DNA of 64,000 bases from an uncultured Desulfospira sp. (GTDB lineage Bacteria; Desulfobacterota; Desulfobacteria; Desulfobacterales; Desulfobacteraceae). The stretch spans positions 992,001-1,056,000 of the forward strand of contig OY760175.1 of assembly GCA_963663165.1 (NCBI GenBank), written 5' to 3'. Below the pieces are notes generated by a model that made no database searches, was not told the origin of the DNA, and was given only the letters and a program-made list of their open reading frames with translations. The first letter of the stretch is position 1. The number at the start of each line of letters is the position of its first letter. Made by a program: the position numbers and the translations under genes. Below, one piece after another: positions 1 through 9,664 of this stretch.

Positions 1-2080
1 GGATTGTTGTGGGCACCACAATGGCCGCCTGTTTGCCGTCATTGACCGCTTTAAAGGCGGCCCTTATGGCCACTTCGGTCTTTCCATACCCCACATCCCC
101 GCAGACCAGCCGGTCCATGGGGATGGACGATTCCATGTCCTCACACACATCGTCAATGGCCTTTAGCTGGTCCCGGGTCTCCTCATAGGCAAAGGAGGCT
201 TCAAAATCGCTGTAATAATTGTCGGGTTTAGAAAAGGCGAATCCCTGGTTGACCTTTCTTCTGGCATACAGATCCAGCAGGTCGGCCGCCATTTTCTCCA
301 CCTCAGCCTTGGCCTTGGCCTTGGAATTGATCCAGGACTTGGACCCGATCTTGTCCAGCACCGGGGTGTACCCGTCCACCCCGATGTATTTTCCGATCAT
401 CTCAATGCGGTCCACGGGCAGATAGAGCTTGTCGTCATCCTTGAACAGGATCAGGATAAAATCCTGGGTCAGCCGGTCAATGGTCAGGCTGCAAAGTCCC
501 TCGTACCGGCCGATACCATGTTCTAAGTGAACCACGATGTCCCCGTTTTTCAACTCTTCAGGGGCAATGAATTCGGTTTTCAGATCCCGGGCCGTGGTTT
601 TCTTTCGCCGGATTCTTTTTTTCCCGAAAATCTCGTTTTCTGTAATGATGGCCAAATTTTCCCGGGCCGCGGTAAAGCCTGCGGAAAGGGTTCCCAGAAG
701 GGCGTAAAGGCCGGGGGGACGGCAAATTGCATCATCAAAGGTATCCACCAATGACGGCTCAATACCGTAGGGGCCCAACAGGGAGACCAGCCGGTTGGCC
801 TGGGCGGTCTGCCCGGTGACCAGCACAATGCGGTTCTGGTCCTGCTGATGTTTCTTGAGCCATTCCACCAGAGGGGTTAAAGGGGTCTCTTCGCCGGCCT
901 GCCGGTTGAGCCGGCCGGATAGCAGGGTGTTGTCCTCGATGGGAAATTCAAACACGGGATTGGCTTTCCGGTCCTCTTCCAGGGCAATGGATTTAAATTC
1001 AATGGTGTTTCGCAAATAAATTTTTTGGACCATCTCATCCCAGGACAGATAAATGGATTCGGGAAGGACACACAGCCGGTTTTCCTCAACCACGGTTTGA
1101 TAGTTGAGCCGTGCGCTTTCTAAAAAGTCTTGGGTCCTGGATTTGAGCAGGTCCGGGGAATCCAGCAGGATCATCCCGTCATCCGGGAAATAATCAAAAA
1201 AGGAATCCAGGGTGTCATATACAATGGACAGCATGCTTTCCACACCCGGGAACCGCCCGGTTTCCCGGACCTCATTGACCAGTGCCCGGATTCTTGCCTG
1301 ATCAATCCCGGCAATGGTGCCGGCCTGTCGCAGACGGGCCAGGATATGGGGCTGGGTTGAAACGGGCATCACCGCTTCCGTGGCCGGGATCAGCACCATC
1401 TCAGACAGTTCTTTGGTCCCCCGCTGAGAGTATACGCTGAAATACCGGATGGATTCCACCAGGTCCCCGAAGAATTCAATCCGGACCGGCTGATTTTCAC
1501 CCGGGCAGAACACATCCAAAATCCCGCCCCTGACCGAATAGTCTCCCGGATCTTCCACAAGGCCGGTCCGAGCGTATCCTGAGGCCTCCAGGGCCGCCAC
1601 CAGGGATGCCATGTCGGTTTCTTCATTGGCCATGACCAGTTCTGAATATTCCCGGATGGTTTTAGAGGGGATCAGCCGTTGGGCCAGTGTATCCACGTGG
1701 GTCACGATGAAAAGGGCCTTATCCGCCCTGCCCTGCAAGTCCTGGAGCCGGGACAGCACCGCCAGCCTTGAGGTGGCTGTTTCCCGGTGGTAAGATAAGG
1801 ACTTAAAGGCCTGGATATGGTATCCGGGAAAATACATGATCCGGTCTTTGAACCGGGGCATGAAAAATTCAAGGTCTGTTATGAATTGAAGGGCGCTTTT
1901 CTGGTCAGGCAGGACCGCCAGTGTGGGGCGGCCGGAGGCCGTAAACAGCCTTGCCGCCATATAGGCCTTTGGCCCGCCGGATTCAGGGGTCACCACCAGG
2001 CTGTGGCCATGGCCCAGCACGGCCTTGATGTCGGAATCCGTACCCAGTGACGCTATAGTTTGTGTGGCAGAACCGGTCAT
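1..2080 (-). CDS. mfd: Transcription-repair coupling factor, 5' part (runs off the left edge of the window)
   Basis: Not in the ORF track; read by hand from ATG at 2080. Contains GDYSVRGGILDVF, GDIVVHLEHGIGRYEGL, MDRLVCGDVGYGKTEVAIRAAF (helicase Walker A) and QAAIVVPTTI at the window edge. Confidence 0.95.
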   Translation of the reverse strand, partial: MTGSATQTIASLGTDSDIKAVLGHGHSLVVTPESGGPKAYMAARLFTASGRPTLAVLPDQKSALQFITDLEFFMPRFKDRIMYFPGYHIQAFKSLSYHRETATSRLAVLSRLQDLQGRADKALFIVTHVDTLAQRLIPSKTIREYSELVMANEETDMASLVAALEASGYARTGLVEDPGDYSVRGGILDVFCPGENQPVRIEFFGDLVESIRYFSVYSQRGTKELSEMVLIPATEAVMPVSTQPHILARLRQAGTIAGIDQARIRALVNEVRETGRFPGVESMLSIVYDTLDSFFDYFPDDGMILLDSPDLLKSRTQDFLESARLNYQTVVEENRLCVLPESIYLSWDEMVQKIYLRNTIEFKSIALEEDRKANPVFEFPIEDNTLLSGRLNRQAGEETPLTPLVEWLKKHQQDQNRIVLVTGQTAQANRLVSLLGPYGIEPSLVDTFDDAICRPPGLYALLGTLSAGFTAARENLAIITENEIFGKKRIRRKKTTARDLKTEFIAPEELKNGDIVVHLEHGIGRYEGLCSLTIDRLTQDFILILFKDDDKLYLPVDRIEMIGKYIGVDGYTPVLDKIGSKSWINSKAKAKAEVEKMAADLLDLYARRKVNQGFAFSKPDNYYSDFEASFAYEETRDQLKAIDDVCEDMESSIPMDRLVCGDVGYGKTEVAIRAAFKAVNDGKQAAIVVPTTI

Positions 2081-2103
2081 AAATTTTTAAAGCCTGATAG
2101 GAC

Positions 2104-2934
2104 TTATTTTAGGGATATTTTACAATTGGGGCCGGTGATCAGCAGGTTATTGCTCACCGTAGACTGAATATGCTCCATTTTGCTTCCCATCAAAATTTCC
2201 TTTATCATGCCGTGGCCGTATGCCCCCAAGACAATCAGGGAATCATGGGGAACATCGTAAAGCATCTGGTCAAAGGCCTGGCTGTCATAAAAATGCCATT
2301 TTTGCGCATACTGTTCCACCAGGGGCTTTAAATCCGTATCATTAACAATATCCCGGTAACTGTCCTCACCCTTGTTTTCAAGAAGGGTGTAAATGTTGAT
2401 GGCATGTCCCGAAGCCATGGCAATTTTCAATCCTAAGGTCAAGGCATTCATGGCATTGGTGGACCCGCCGAAAAACACAGAAATACTATTCCAGGGTTTG
2501 AATACCGGGCTGCTGATCAATACCGGGAAACTGGCATGTTTAATGATTCTTCTGACCTTGGGGCCTAAATGGCCCAGCCCGATCTTGCTGGACAGGTCAC
2601 TGACCGACCGGGGACAGCAAAGGTAATCAAACTGGGTGGACACATCGGGCAGAGTAGAGGCGGTATAATTCTTAGGCTCGTAAAACCGCGGGGGAAGGCC
2701 TGCCTGTTCAAACAGGGCAGTGGCATGTTCCACGGCGGTTTCGGCAAAGGCGAGATAAGAACCGTCTAAATCCACCTGTACGGCGTCATTGGCAAAGTAC
2801 ATCAAAAACTTGTCGTTTTTGGGAATATAGGCCACAAGACTTGCGTTTATGGTTTTGCAAAAATACAGGGACTGCAAAAAGGTTTCCCTGCCAAAGGGAG
2901 TGTTCCTGAATATGTGAAGCAGTTTATAATTCAT
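2104..2934 (-). CDS. Universal stress protein (USP) family protein, 276 aa
   Basis: C-terminal LIVLGAYGHGMIKEILMGS is the USP ATP-binding signature. SD AGGAG precedes the ATG. Confidence 0.8.
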   Translation of the reverse strand: MNYKLLHIFRNTPFGRETFLQSLYFCKTINASLVAYIPKNDKFLMYFANDAVQVDLDGSYLAFAETAVEHATALFEQAGLPPRFYEPKNYTASTLPDVSTQFDYLCCPRSVSDLSSKIGLGHLGPKVRRIIKHASFPVLISSPVFKPWNSISVFFGGSTNAMNALTLGLKIAMASGHAINIYTLLENKGEDSYRDIVNDTDLKPLVEQYAQKWHFYDSQAFDQMLYDVPHDSLIVLGAYGHGMIKEILMGSKMEHIQSTVSNNLLITGPNCKISLK

Positions 2935-2968
2935 ATGACGTCTCCTTTAAACCGGTTCATTGGTTGGT

Positions 2969-4708
2969 TCATTGTATATTGGTCTGCATAATTAATTCCC
3001 TGCGGTATAAATCCAGTATCCTTGCCTTGGAAATCATCCCAATGAACCGGTTGTGGTCAACCAGGGGGATATAATCCATGTGAAAGGCCTCCATGGTTTC
3101 CAGGACATCGTGAAGCTCATCATCAAAAGAGGCCGTCACCACATCCGTGTCCATGACCTGGTTTAAAAACAGCATGTCATAGATGGCCGGGTTAAGGGCA
3201 TACCGCCGGATATGGGCCAGGTTGATGAGCCCCAGATACTCGCCGGTCTCGTCGGAAACCACCGGATAATGGTTTTGGGGGGATTTTCGAATCAGGTCGA
3301 TAAACTTTCTGAACACCATGTTTTCAGAAACCTTTTGATACTGGGTGTCCACAATTTCACTTAAGCTTAAGTCCGATAAAATCCGGGCATCGGTGCCCGG
3401 CCGCATGAACTCTCCCCTGGCAATGAGGTCCTTAAAATAAAAAGAGGAGGGCTCAATATAGTGGCTTAAGGTAGACGAAATAGACGACACCAGCAGCAGC
3501 GGCAAAATGGCCTCATACCCGCCGGTGATTTCAACGATCAGAAAAATGCCGGTCAGGGGGGCCTGCATCACCCCTGAAATAATACCGGCCATGCCCAAAA
3601 GCGCATAGGCGCCGCCGGGCGCAATGGCCGTCCCGGGCGCCGTTCCGGGCAATATAAAAATTAAAGCCTGATAATACACCACCCCGCTCAGGCTGCCGAT
3701 AACCAGGCAGGGGGCAAAGATGCCGCCGGACCCGCCCCAGCCAAGGGTCATGGCCGTGGCCAGCATTTTGGCAAACAGGGCGGCAGACACAAACCAGAAT
3801 GCCATGGGAAAGGATCCGTGTACCATTTCCAGGATGGGATGGTACCCCTCTCCAAGGACCACGGGCATGGCCATGCCCATAACCCCCACCGTGCATCCCC
3901 CGATCAGGGCCCTGGTCCATTGGGGAACCGGGGTTTTTCTGGCCACCTTGCCTACCTTGCCCAGCATCCGTGTAAAACTGACCGATACCAGGGCCGTAAA
4001 CAAGGCAAGGCCAAGACTGGCCAGGGTATCTGCCGGAAGAAAGGTAAAGGGGTGATGATGAAACATCTCTTTTTGGGGAATAATGGCCTCGCTGATCTGG
4101 GCACCGGCCACGGCCGCAACGGCAATGGGAATGATATTGACGAATTTCCACTCCCCGAGGATGACCTCAACGGTAAAGATCAGCCCGGCAATGGGGGCAT
4201 GAAAAATAGAGGCAATGGCCCCTGCAGACCCGCACCCGACAATGGTGATCCGCTGCCGGTCGTTGAGCCCCAGAAATTTGCCGATATTGGAGCCGATGGC
4301 CGATCCGCTCATGACCACAGGGGCCTCAGGGCCGGCGGAGCCGCCGCTGGCAATGGTCAAAAAACTGGACACCAGGCGGGACCAGGCCGATCGAAGCCTC
4401 AACAGGCCCGCCCTTCTGGATACCGCATAGATCACTTCCGGCACCCCGTGGCCGGCCCCTTCCCTGACCACTTTTTCCAAAAATAAAGACGACAGGCAGG
4501 CACCGGCCCCGGGAAGAATAAAGGCCCAGTAGTACTGCCGGTAAGGCCTTAAGAAATCTAACACCGAGGCTAAGGACAGCCTTAAGGCCACAGCGGCAAG
4601 GCCGGCACAGACACCGGCGATAGAGCCGGCTATGAGCAGCAGAAGACGGTCGTCCAGGCGAAAAAGTTTTTGATAAACAAGCTTATAAAGTTGTTTTATG
4701 TTCGGCAT
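2969..4708 (-). CDS. CLC-family chloride channel/transporter with C-terminal CBS pair
   Basis: CLC motifs GHGVPE, GGSAGPEAP and GGIFAP, many TM helices, and a soluble C-terminal CBS-like region (YPVV...YLGLI; IPLV...FIGMI). Confidence 0.92.
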   Translation of the reverse strand: MPNIKQLYKLVYQKLFRLDDRLLLLIAGSIAGVCAGLAAVALRLSLASVLDFLRPYRQYYWAFILPGAGACLSSLFLEKVVREGAGHGVPEVIYAVSRRAGLLRLRSAWSRLVSSFLTIASGGSAGPEAPVVMSGSAIGSNIGKFLGLNDRQRITIVGCGSAGAIASIFHAPIAGLIFTVEVILGEWKFVNIIPIAVAAVAGAQISEAIIPQKEMFHHHPFTFLPADTLASLGLALFTALVSVSFTRMLGKVGKVARKTPVPQWTRALIGGCTVGVMGMAMPVVLGEGYHPILEMVHGSFPMAFWFVSAALFAKMLATAMTLGWGGSGGIFAPCLVIGSLSGVVYYQALIFILPGTAPGTAIAPGGAYALLGMAGIISGVMQAPLTGIFLIVEITGGYEAILPLLLVSSISSTLSHYIEPSSFYFKDLIARGEFMRPGTDARILSDLSLSEIVDTQYQKVSENMVFRKFIDLIRKSPQNHYPVVSDETGEYLGLINLAHIRRYALNPAIYDMLFLNQVMDTDVVTASFDDELHDVLETMEAFHMDYIPLVDHNRFIGMISKARILDLYRRELIMQTNIQ

Positions 4709-4739
4709 GATGAATCAATCCTGCTTGGCAGACGAAGGG

Positions 4740-5414
4740 CTAAATTCCCTCTGACAGTTTAAGGGAATGAATTTGTTCAATAAGCCCTGTTTTATCCGGA
4801 CAGGTTTTTAAGAATTCACAAAACTGACGGTTCCGAAGGCAGAAAGACAGAGAAGACAGCAAATGAAGATGGAATTTCAATTCCGGGCATAAAATAAAAA
4901 ACAGAATGGAAACCGGCTGTTGGTCCAGGGCCTTGTAATCCACCGGCGTTTTAAGAAAACAGGTCGCCACCAGGGGCCGATCCAGGTATCCGAGGGGGGT
5001 CCTGGGATGGGGAACGGCCATTCCGTTGCCCACGCCAGTGGACAGGGCCTGTTCCCGCTTTAACACCTGGTCTAAAAGATCGGCCTTAAAATCACCCGGC
5101 ACCGCTTCAATCCGGTCAATACATGCCTCAAGAACGGACGGCACATCCGTTCCCTCAATATCATGGTAAACCCCGCCCGCATCCATGGCCGCGGACAGGT
5201 CCACTTCGGTTTCACTTTGAGGTGCCGGGTCTTTGGGCGCTTCAAGATTTAAGGCAAAATTATTTTTGGCTGCCCATTTTTTCAAATCCCGGGCCTGGAA
5301 GGTATAGGTGCTCCCCTTCTGGGCCACGGGGAATTTTCCCTGGCGGATCCAGCGTTCAATGGTGGTATGGGAAACCCCTAAATATTTGCTCAACTGAGCT
5401 ATTGAAATATCCAT
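4740..5414 (-). CDS. Excisionase-type HTH fused to a PTS EIIA (Ntr/fructose-type) domain
   Basis: N-terminal LSKYLGVSHTTIERWIRQGKFP (HTH_17-like); EIIA motif REQALSTGVGNGMAVPHPR containing the phospho-His. Confidence 0.88.
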   Translation of the reverse strand: MDISIAQLSKYLGVSHTTIERWIRQGKFPVAQKGSTYTFQARDLKKWAAKNNFALNLEAPKDPAPQSETEVDLSAAMDAGGVYHDIEGTDVPSVLEACIDRIEAVPGDFKADLLDQVLKREQALSTGVGNGMAVPHPRTPLGYLDRPLVATCFLKTPVDYKALDQQPVSILFFILCPELKFHLHLLSSLSFCLRNRQFCEFLKTCPDKTGLIEQIHSLKLSEGI

Positions 5415-5681
5415 TATTAAAACGGCTGTACGGTTTTATTTTCTATTTTTATAACCACGGACTGCGGACCGCAAAGGATTTTTTATCCTGTCCGCCCGCA
5501 ACAAAGCCCGATAGCTTAAACGCTAACGGCTGAGCACATTAATCTAAACGTTGCCTTTTATAAACCAAACCAGCCGGAATAACAACCGATAACCTTTTTT
5601 ATCTTAAAAAAGAGGCATATTGGGGGTTAATGCACAGGCCGTCGCATGTTACCTGCAGGCGGATTGGTATGGTATTAAGGA

Positions 5682-5785
5682 TAATGTATATTGTTGAGAC
5701 TTGGGATATGGGATATGGGACTTGGGGAGGCCGTGGATGCCGCAATCCCCAGGTCCCATATCCCAAGTCCCAAGTCCAATTTTTT
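5682..5785. repeat. Heptad-repeat hairpin element, copy 1 (104 bp, identical to 19727-19830)
   Basis: GACTTGG GATATGG GATATGG GACTTGG GGA ... TCCCCAGGTCCCATATCCCAAGTCCCAAGTC; 31-nt arms, 28/31 Watson-Crick complementary. Confidence 0.92.
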
Positions 5786-5810
5786 AAAACTTTATTTTAC
5801 AACGGATTCC

Positions 5811-6713
5811 CTAAGATTGAAATTTCAAAAGATCAATCGGTTGAGAGCTTATATACCCATCCAGCGCCTCGGGTCCAATGAGTGGAACACCTGAAAAAGG
5901 CAGGTTATAGAGCTCAATGCCGGGAAAAGGGCTGGTAAAAGGTTCATTGGTCCGGCTTTTTTCGTTAAGGACCAGCCCGGCCATGGCGATGTTCATCTCA
6001 TCGAGCAGGGCTATAATTCGCCTGGTCTCTTCAACCGACAGCAAATCCCGGTTAAATACCGCGAAAACCATGGATTTTGCAGTATCCTGAAAAAAGGTCT
6101 TAAGGTCCTGGTACATGGCCTTGTTTTCAATAAGCTTTCCCATAATTTTATCGCGTTCTAGCTCTTTGCCCGCAAATTTAATTTTGGAAACGATCTCTTT
6201 TCTCTTGTGAATGTCCTGCCTTAATTTTTCAAGCTGCTGTGTCCAGGTCAACGAAAGGGAAGGCAGGTTGAAAAAGCGCATGGACAATGCCGTGGGCGGC
6301 ATGTCAATAATCAGGCAATCACTGGCTTGATACTTTTTTTTCAAAGCAAGAAAGGCCGTTATCAGACCGTATTCTTCAAGGCCGGGGGAATATTTTAACA
6401 CATCAAAATAATGGTCGAGATTAAAGGCGGTCAGATAGGCAAAACTTTTTTTCACATGGGCGGCGGTCTGCTTCAGATATGCCTTGATTTCCCGGTCCCG
6501 GTCCACCTGAATCACCTCTAAAAACGGATTCACCCGGGTGGGTTTATGGGAAAAGTCTGCCTGAAAAATATCCCCCTGGTTGTGGGCATCGTCAAAGGAG
6601 GCCAAGACAACTTTTTTCTGCTGCCGGGCCAGCATCAGGGACAACACCGCAGACGTGGTGGATTTCCCGGTCCCGCCCTTGCCCAGAAAAAATATGGTTT
6701 TTAAATTGGTCAT
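5811..6713 (-). CDS. Single-domain ArsA/GET3-family ATPase with diverged switch motifs
   Basis: Deviant Walker A GKGGTGKST; SFDDAHN where STDPAHS is usual; SPGLEE; DMPPTA where DTAPTG is usual. Confidence 0.85.
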   Translation of the reverse strand: MTNLKTIFFLGKGGTGKSTTSAVLSLMLARQQKKVVLASFDDAHNQGDIFQADFSHKPTRVNPFLEVIQVDRDREIKAYLKQTAAHVKKSFAYLTAFNLDHYFDVLKYSPGLEEYGLITAFLALKKKYQASDCLIIDMPPTALSMRFFNLPSLSLTWTQQLEKLRQDIHKRKEIVSKIKFAGKELERDKIMGKLIENKAMYQDLKTFFQDTAKSMVFAVFNRDLLSVEETRRIIALLDEMNIAMAGLVLNEKSRTNEPFTSPFPGIELYNLPFSGVPLIGPEALDGYISSQPIDLLKFQS

Positions 6714-6990
6714 CCTTACACGCTTTTAGCGCCTTGCGTTTCCAGTGTCAAAATAAATGTCGTTACAACGCAAAATTATGCGTCAGGTGATGCTCCCTTT
6801 ATCGGAACCCGACGTCAAATCCAGGGAAAGTTACTTGGGGTAACCTTGAAATAAGATTTGGTCTGCCTTATTGTTATTTCCTGTTGTCGAATCATTGTAA
6901 GCGGGGGAGATGGCGTTTCCCCTATATTGATATTTTCAGAGGATATTCACAAAACAATGAATACCCGACCCATAAAATAAGAAGGTAGCG

Positions 6991-8775
6991 GTGTTTATGA
7001 AAGCTCAATCTGCATTTTTCCTTTTGGTCTTTGTATTGTTGTCCGCCACAGCGGCTCATGCCGGTAACGAAAGTTTAGACCCTCATGGGCCATCGGTTAA
7101 TTTCCCGCCCAGTTTTGAGAGCTATCATGATGCCGGGATCCAAGGGGTCGGGGCCGTCCTTAAACACCGTATCTCTCATACGCCGTTTAACCTGGTGGCC
7201 ACGCTCATTTTTCTGGCGGCCATTCTCCATACCTTTTTTAGCAGTAAATTCCTTTACTGGGCACATAAATGGAAAGCAGAACACCAAAAAGATATTGAAA
7301 CCGGGAAGGCTTCGGAAACCTCCACCCGGCTTGGTGCAGAAATTTTTCACTTTCTGGGTGAGGTTGAGGTCGTCTTCGGCCTCTGGGCAGTAGTGTTGAC
7401 GGCTGCCATTGTGTTTTTCTATGACTGGCACACTTTTGTCGGCTATATCAGCCGTGTGAATTATACGGAACCGATGTTTGTGGTGGTCATCATGGCACTG
7501 GCCTCCTCCCGCCCGATTTTATATCTGTCGGAAAAAATCATGAGCCGTGTTGCAGCGATTTTTAAAGGAACTCTGGCGGCCTGGTGGCTGACCATTATGA
7601 CCTTGGGGCCTCTTTTGGGCTCATTCATCACGGAACCGGCCGCAATGACCATTTCCGCCATGCTGCTGGCCCGCAAATTTTATGAACTCAAGCCGGGGGA
7701 CTCCCTTAAATACGCCACCATCGCCCTGCTCTTTGTCAATATTTCGGTGGGGGGAACCCTTACCCATTTTGCGGCCCCGCCGGTCCTTATGGTGGCCGCG
7801 CCCTGGGACTGGGACCTGCCTTTCATGCTCACCACCTTTGGCTGGAAGGCGGTTGCCGGCATTCTGATTTCCAACGCACTGGTTTTCATGGTGTTCAGAA
7901 AAGAAATTTCACGGCTTGAGCGCAAATTCAAGCTGTCCGTTCTCAAAAGTGAAATCAAAGAAAAATATATTCACAGCGATGCGCTTAAAAAAGACCTGAA
8001 AATGGCGCAGCAGCGGATCGGAGACGATCTGCACCAGGAATTTCAAAGGATTAAAGACCTGGCAAAAGAGTCTACCATGACCGTATGCGACATGGATGAC
8101 ACCGACTGCGGTTTGCTTGAAGAAACCTTTGAGCAGGAGTTTGAAGACCTCAAGATGCAGCACATGAGCGTTTCCGTGCCGGGCCTGCTGCCCCGGGACA
8201 AACGGCCTAAGCTCAACGATCCCAACTGGGACAACCGTTCCGGTGACGTCCCCGGCTGGATTATCGCCGTCCATGTGGCCTTTATGGTCTGGACCATTGC
8301 CAATGCACATTACCCGGCTATTTTTGTTTCCGGCATGCTCTTTTTTATCGGCTTTTCCCATGTGACCTGGCCGTTTCAGAATAATGTCAACTTAAAATCC
8401 CCCATGCTGGTGGGATTTTTTCTGGGGGGGCTGGTGATTCACGGCGGCCTCCAGGGATGGTGGATTGCGCCGATGCTTGGCAGCTTAGGAGAATTTCCCC
8501 TCATGCTCAGTGCCACCGTACTCACGGCATTCAACGACAATGCCGCCATCACCTATCTGAGTACCCTGGTGCCGGGCTTCACCGACAGCCTGAAATATGC
8601 GGTGGTGGCCGGTGCCGTTACCGGCGGCGGCCTTACCGTCATTGCCAATGCCCCGAACCCGGCCGGCCAGTCATTACTGAAATCCTATTTTTCCAACGGG
8701 ATCTCCCCCATACGCCTGCTCACCTATGCCCTTGTTCCAACGATCATTATGGCGCTTTGTTTTCTTTTGCTATAA
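6991..8775 (+). CDS. Putative Na+/H+ antiporter (DUF1504-like, IT superfamily); start may be ATG 6997
   Basis: Motifs FHFLGEVEVVFGLW, GSFITEPAAMT, NISVGGTLTHFAAPPVLMVA, LTAFNDNAAITYL and GGGLTVIANAPNPAG; highly hydrophobic. Confidence 0.8.
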   Translation: MFMKAQSAFFLLVFVLLSATAAHAGNESLDPHGPSVNFPPSFESYHDAGIQGVGAVLKHRISHTPFNLVATLIFLAAILHTFFSSKFLYWAHKWKAEHQKDIETGKASETSTRLGAEIFHFLGEVEVVFGLWAVVLTAAIVFFYDWHTFVGYISRVNYTEPMFVVVIMALASSRPILYLSEKIMSRVAAIFKGTLAAWWLTIMTLGPLLGSFITEPAAMTISAMLLARKFYELKPGDSLKYATIALLFVNISVGGTLTHFAAPPVLMVAAPWDWDLPFMLTTFGWKAVAGILISNALVFMVFRKEISRLERKFKLSVLKSEIKEKYIHSDALKKDLKMAQQRIGDDLHQEFQRIKDLAKESTMTVCDMDDTDCGLLEETFEQEFEDLKMQHMSVSVPGLLPRDKRPKLNDPNWDNRSGDVPGWIIAVHVAFMVWTIANAHYPAIFVSGMLFFIGFSHVTWPFQNNVNLKSPMLVGFFLGGLVIHGGLQGWWIAPMLGSLGEFPLMLSATVLTAFNDNAAITYLSTLVPGFTDSLKYAVVAGAVTGGGLTVIANAPNPAGQSLLKSYFSNGISPIRLLTYALVPTIIMALCFLLL

Positions 8776-8824
8776 GGCTGATGCCTAAAAGCCAACAGCT
8801 GACGGCTAATAGCTAACAGCTAAT
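8776..8824 (+). repeat. Degenerate heptad tandem repeat (GCTAAYA-type) filling a convergent intergenic gap
   Basis: GCTGATG CCTAAAA GCCAACA GCTGACG GCTAATA GCTAACA GCTAA between the stops at 8775 and 8825. Confidence 0.75.
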
Positions 8825-9121
8825 CTACGATACATCAAAAACTGAAAACAGCCGAGACAAGGGCTCATTGGCGGTGGTGATGCGATCGAGCATCAGGGTT
8901 AAGTCTTTTTCCATAAGGGGCAACAGGTCCATGCTGATGTGGGCCGGCACACAGGGCAGACCAATAAAGGAGCCCTGGCAGAGAATGGCAAACACGTATT
9001 CCAATTCCTCAAGCTCTTCTTCAACGACTTCAACGGCCTTGTTTCTGGCGACTTCATCGGCCGTACGCCATAAAGAAGCAATTCGGGATGTGATGGCCCT
9101 AAAGGGTGTTAGCCAGTTCAT
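8825..9121 (-). CDS. Small CstA/ArsA-associated protein, 98 aa
   Basis: Start overlaps the stop of the upstream gene (ATGA). ELEELEYVFAILCQGSFIGLP...LLPLME resembles the small proteins found between cstA and arsA in other prokaryotes (family resemblance recalled, not searched). Confidence 0.7.
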   Translation of the reverse strand: MNWLTPFRAITSRIASLWRTADEVARNKAVEVVEEELEELEYVFAILCQGSFIGLPCVPAHISMDLLPLMEKDLTLMLDRITTANEPLSRLFSVFDVS

Positions 9122-9549
9122 TTTACCCGGAACACCTTCCGGTCAAAATCAATCCGGTATGAAGAGGGGAAATAATAATAAAGGCTGTAAAGGGCTATTA
9201 ACACCACGGCCCCGGCATAAAACCTGGGGAAGCTGAAAAACACGGCCACAAAGGCGAGGTACAGGGTGGTCTGGGACACCCAGAGCAGCCTCTTTTGAAA
9301 GGCCATAAACCGGACTTCTTCCACCTGGGTTTCATGCCGGTGGGCATGGGCAAACAGGGTCCGGATAAATATGGGCCCGGCAATCCCCGTACAGGCCGCT
9401 AAAACGAACACCATGGCGTGACAGAAAGACGGCAGGGCAAACTGCCCCGGCAAAAAGAAACCCGCCTGACCTGCCAGGGCGAAAAGAACAAACAAGCCCA
9501 AGGCCGGGCCAATCAACATAAAATATTGTCGTTTTAATTGAATCTGCAT
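9118..9549 (-). CDS. Hypothetical membrane protein (~4 TM), 143 aa
   Basis: Four hydrophobic segments; translationally coupled to 8825-9121; lies downstream of cstA. Confidence 0.7.
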   Translation of the reverse strand: MQIQLKRQYFMLIGPALGLFVLFALAGQAGFFLPGQFALPSFCHAMVFVLAACTGIAGPIFIRTLFAHAHRHETQVEEVRFMAFQKRLLWVSQTTLYLAFVAVFFSFPRFYAGAVVLIALYSLYYYFPSSYRIDFDRKVFRVK

Positions 9550-9572
9550 GGGCTGCCCTAAATAAGGTTGAG

Positions 9573-9609
9573 GGGCCGGCCGAAAAGGAATTCCCTTTCC
9601 GGCCGGCCC
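9573..9609 (-). other. GC-rich stem-loop in the intercistronic region downstream of cstA
   Basis: GGGCCGGCCG-AAAAGGAATTCCCTTTC-CGGCCGGCCC inverted repeat; no U-tract on the minus strand. Confidence 0.6.
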
Positions 9610-9611
9610 GT

Positions 9612-9659
9612 TTTCTCACTTTCTCACTTTCTCACTTTCTCACCTGCTCACTTTCAACG
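9612..9659 (-). repeat. Octamer tandem repeat (GTGAGAAA)n directly after the cstA stop
   Basis: TTTCTCAC x4 exact (9612-9643), then CTGCTCAC and TTTCAACG. Confidence 0.85.
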
Positions 9660-9664
9660 CCTTC

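Noticed and set aside
5630..5894. ORFs 5630-5881, 5691-5894, 19702-19980 and 19746-20015 sharing WDMGYGTW-type peptides
   Set aside because: The shared peptide is simply the translated heptad repeat. There is no SD and the ORFs overlap real genes.
5811..6713. Arsenic-resistance operon
   Set aside because: No arsB, acr3, arsC, arsD or arsR nearby, and no metalloid-binding Cys cluster in the ATPase.
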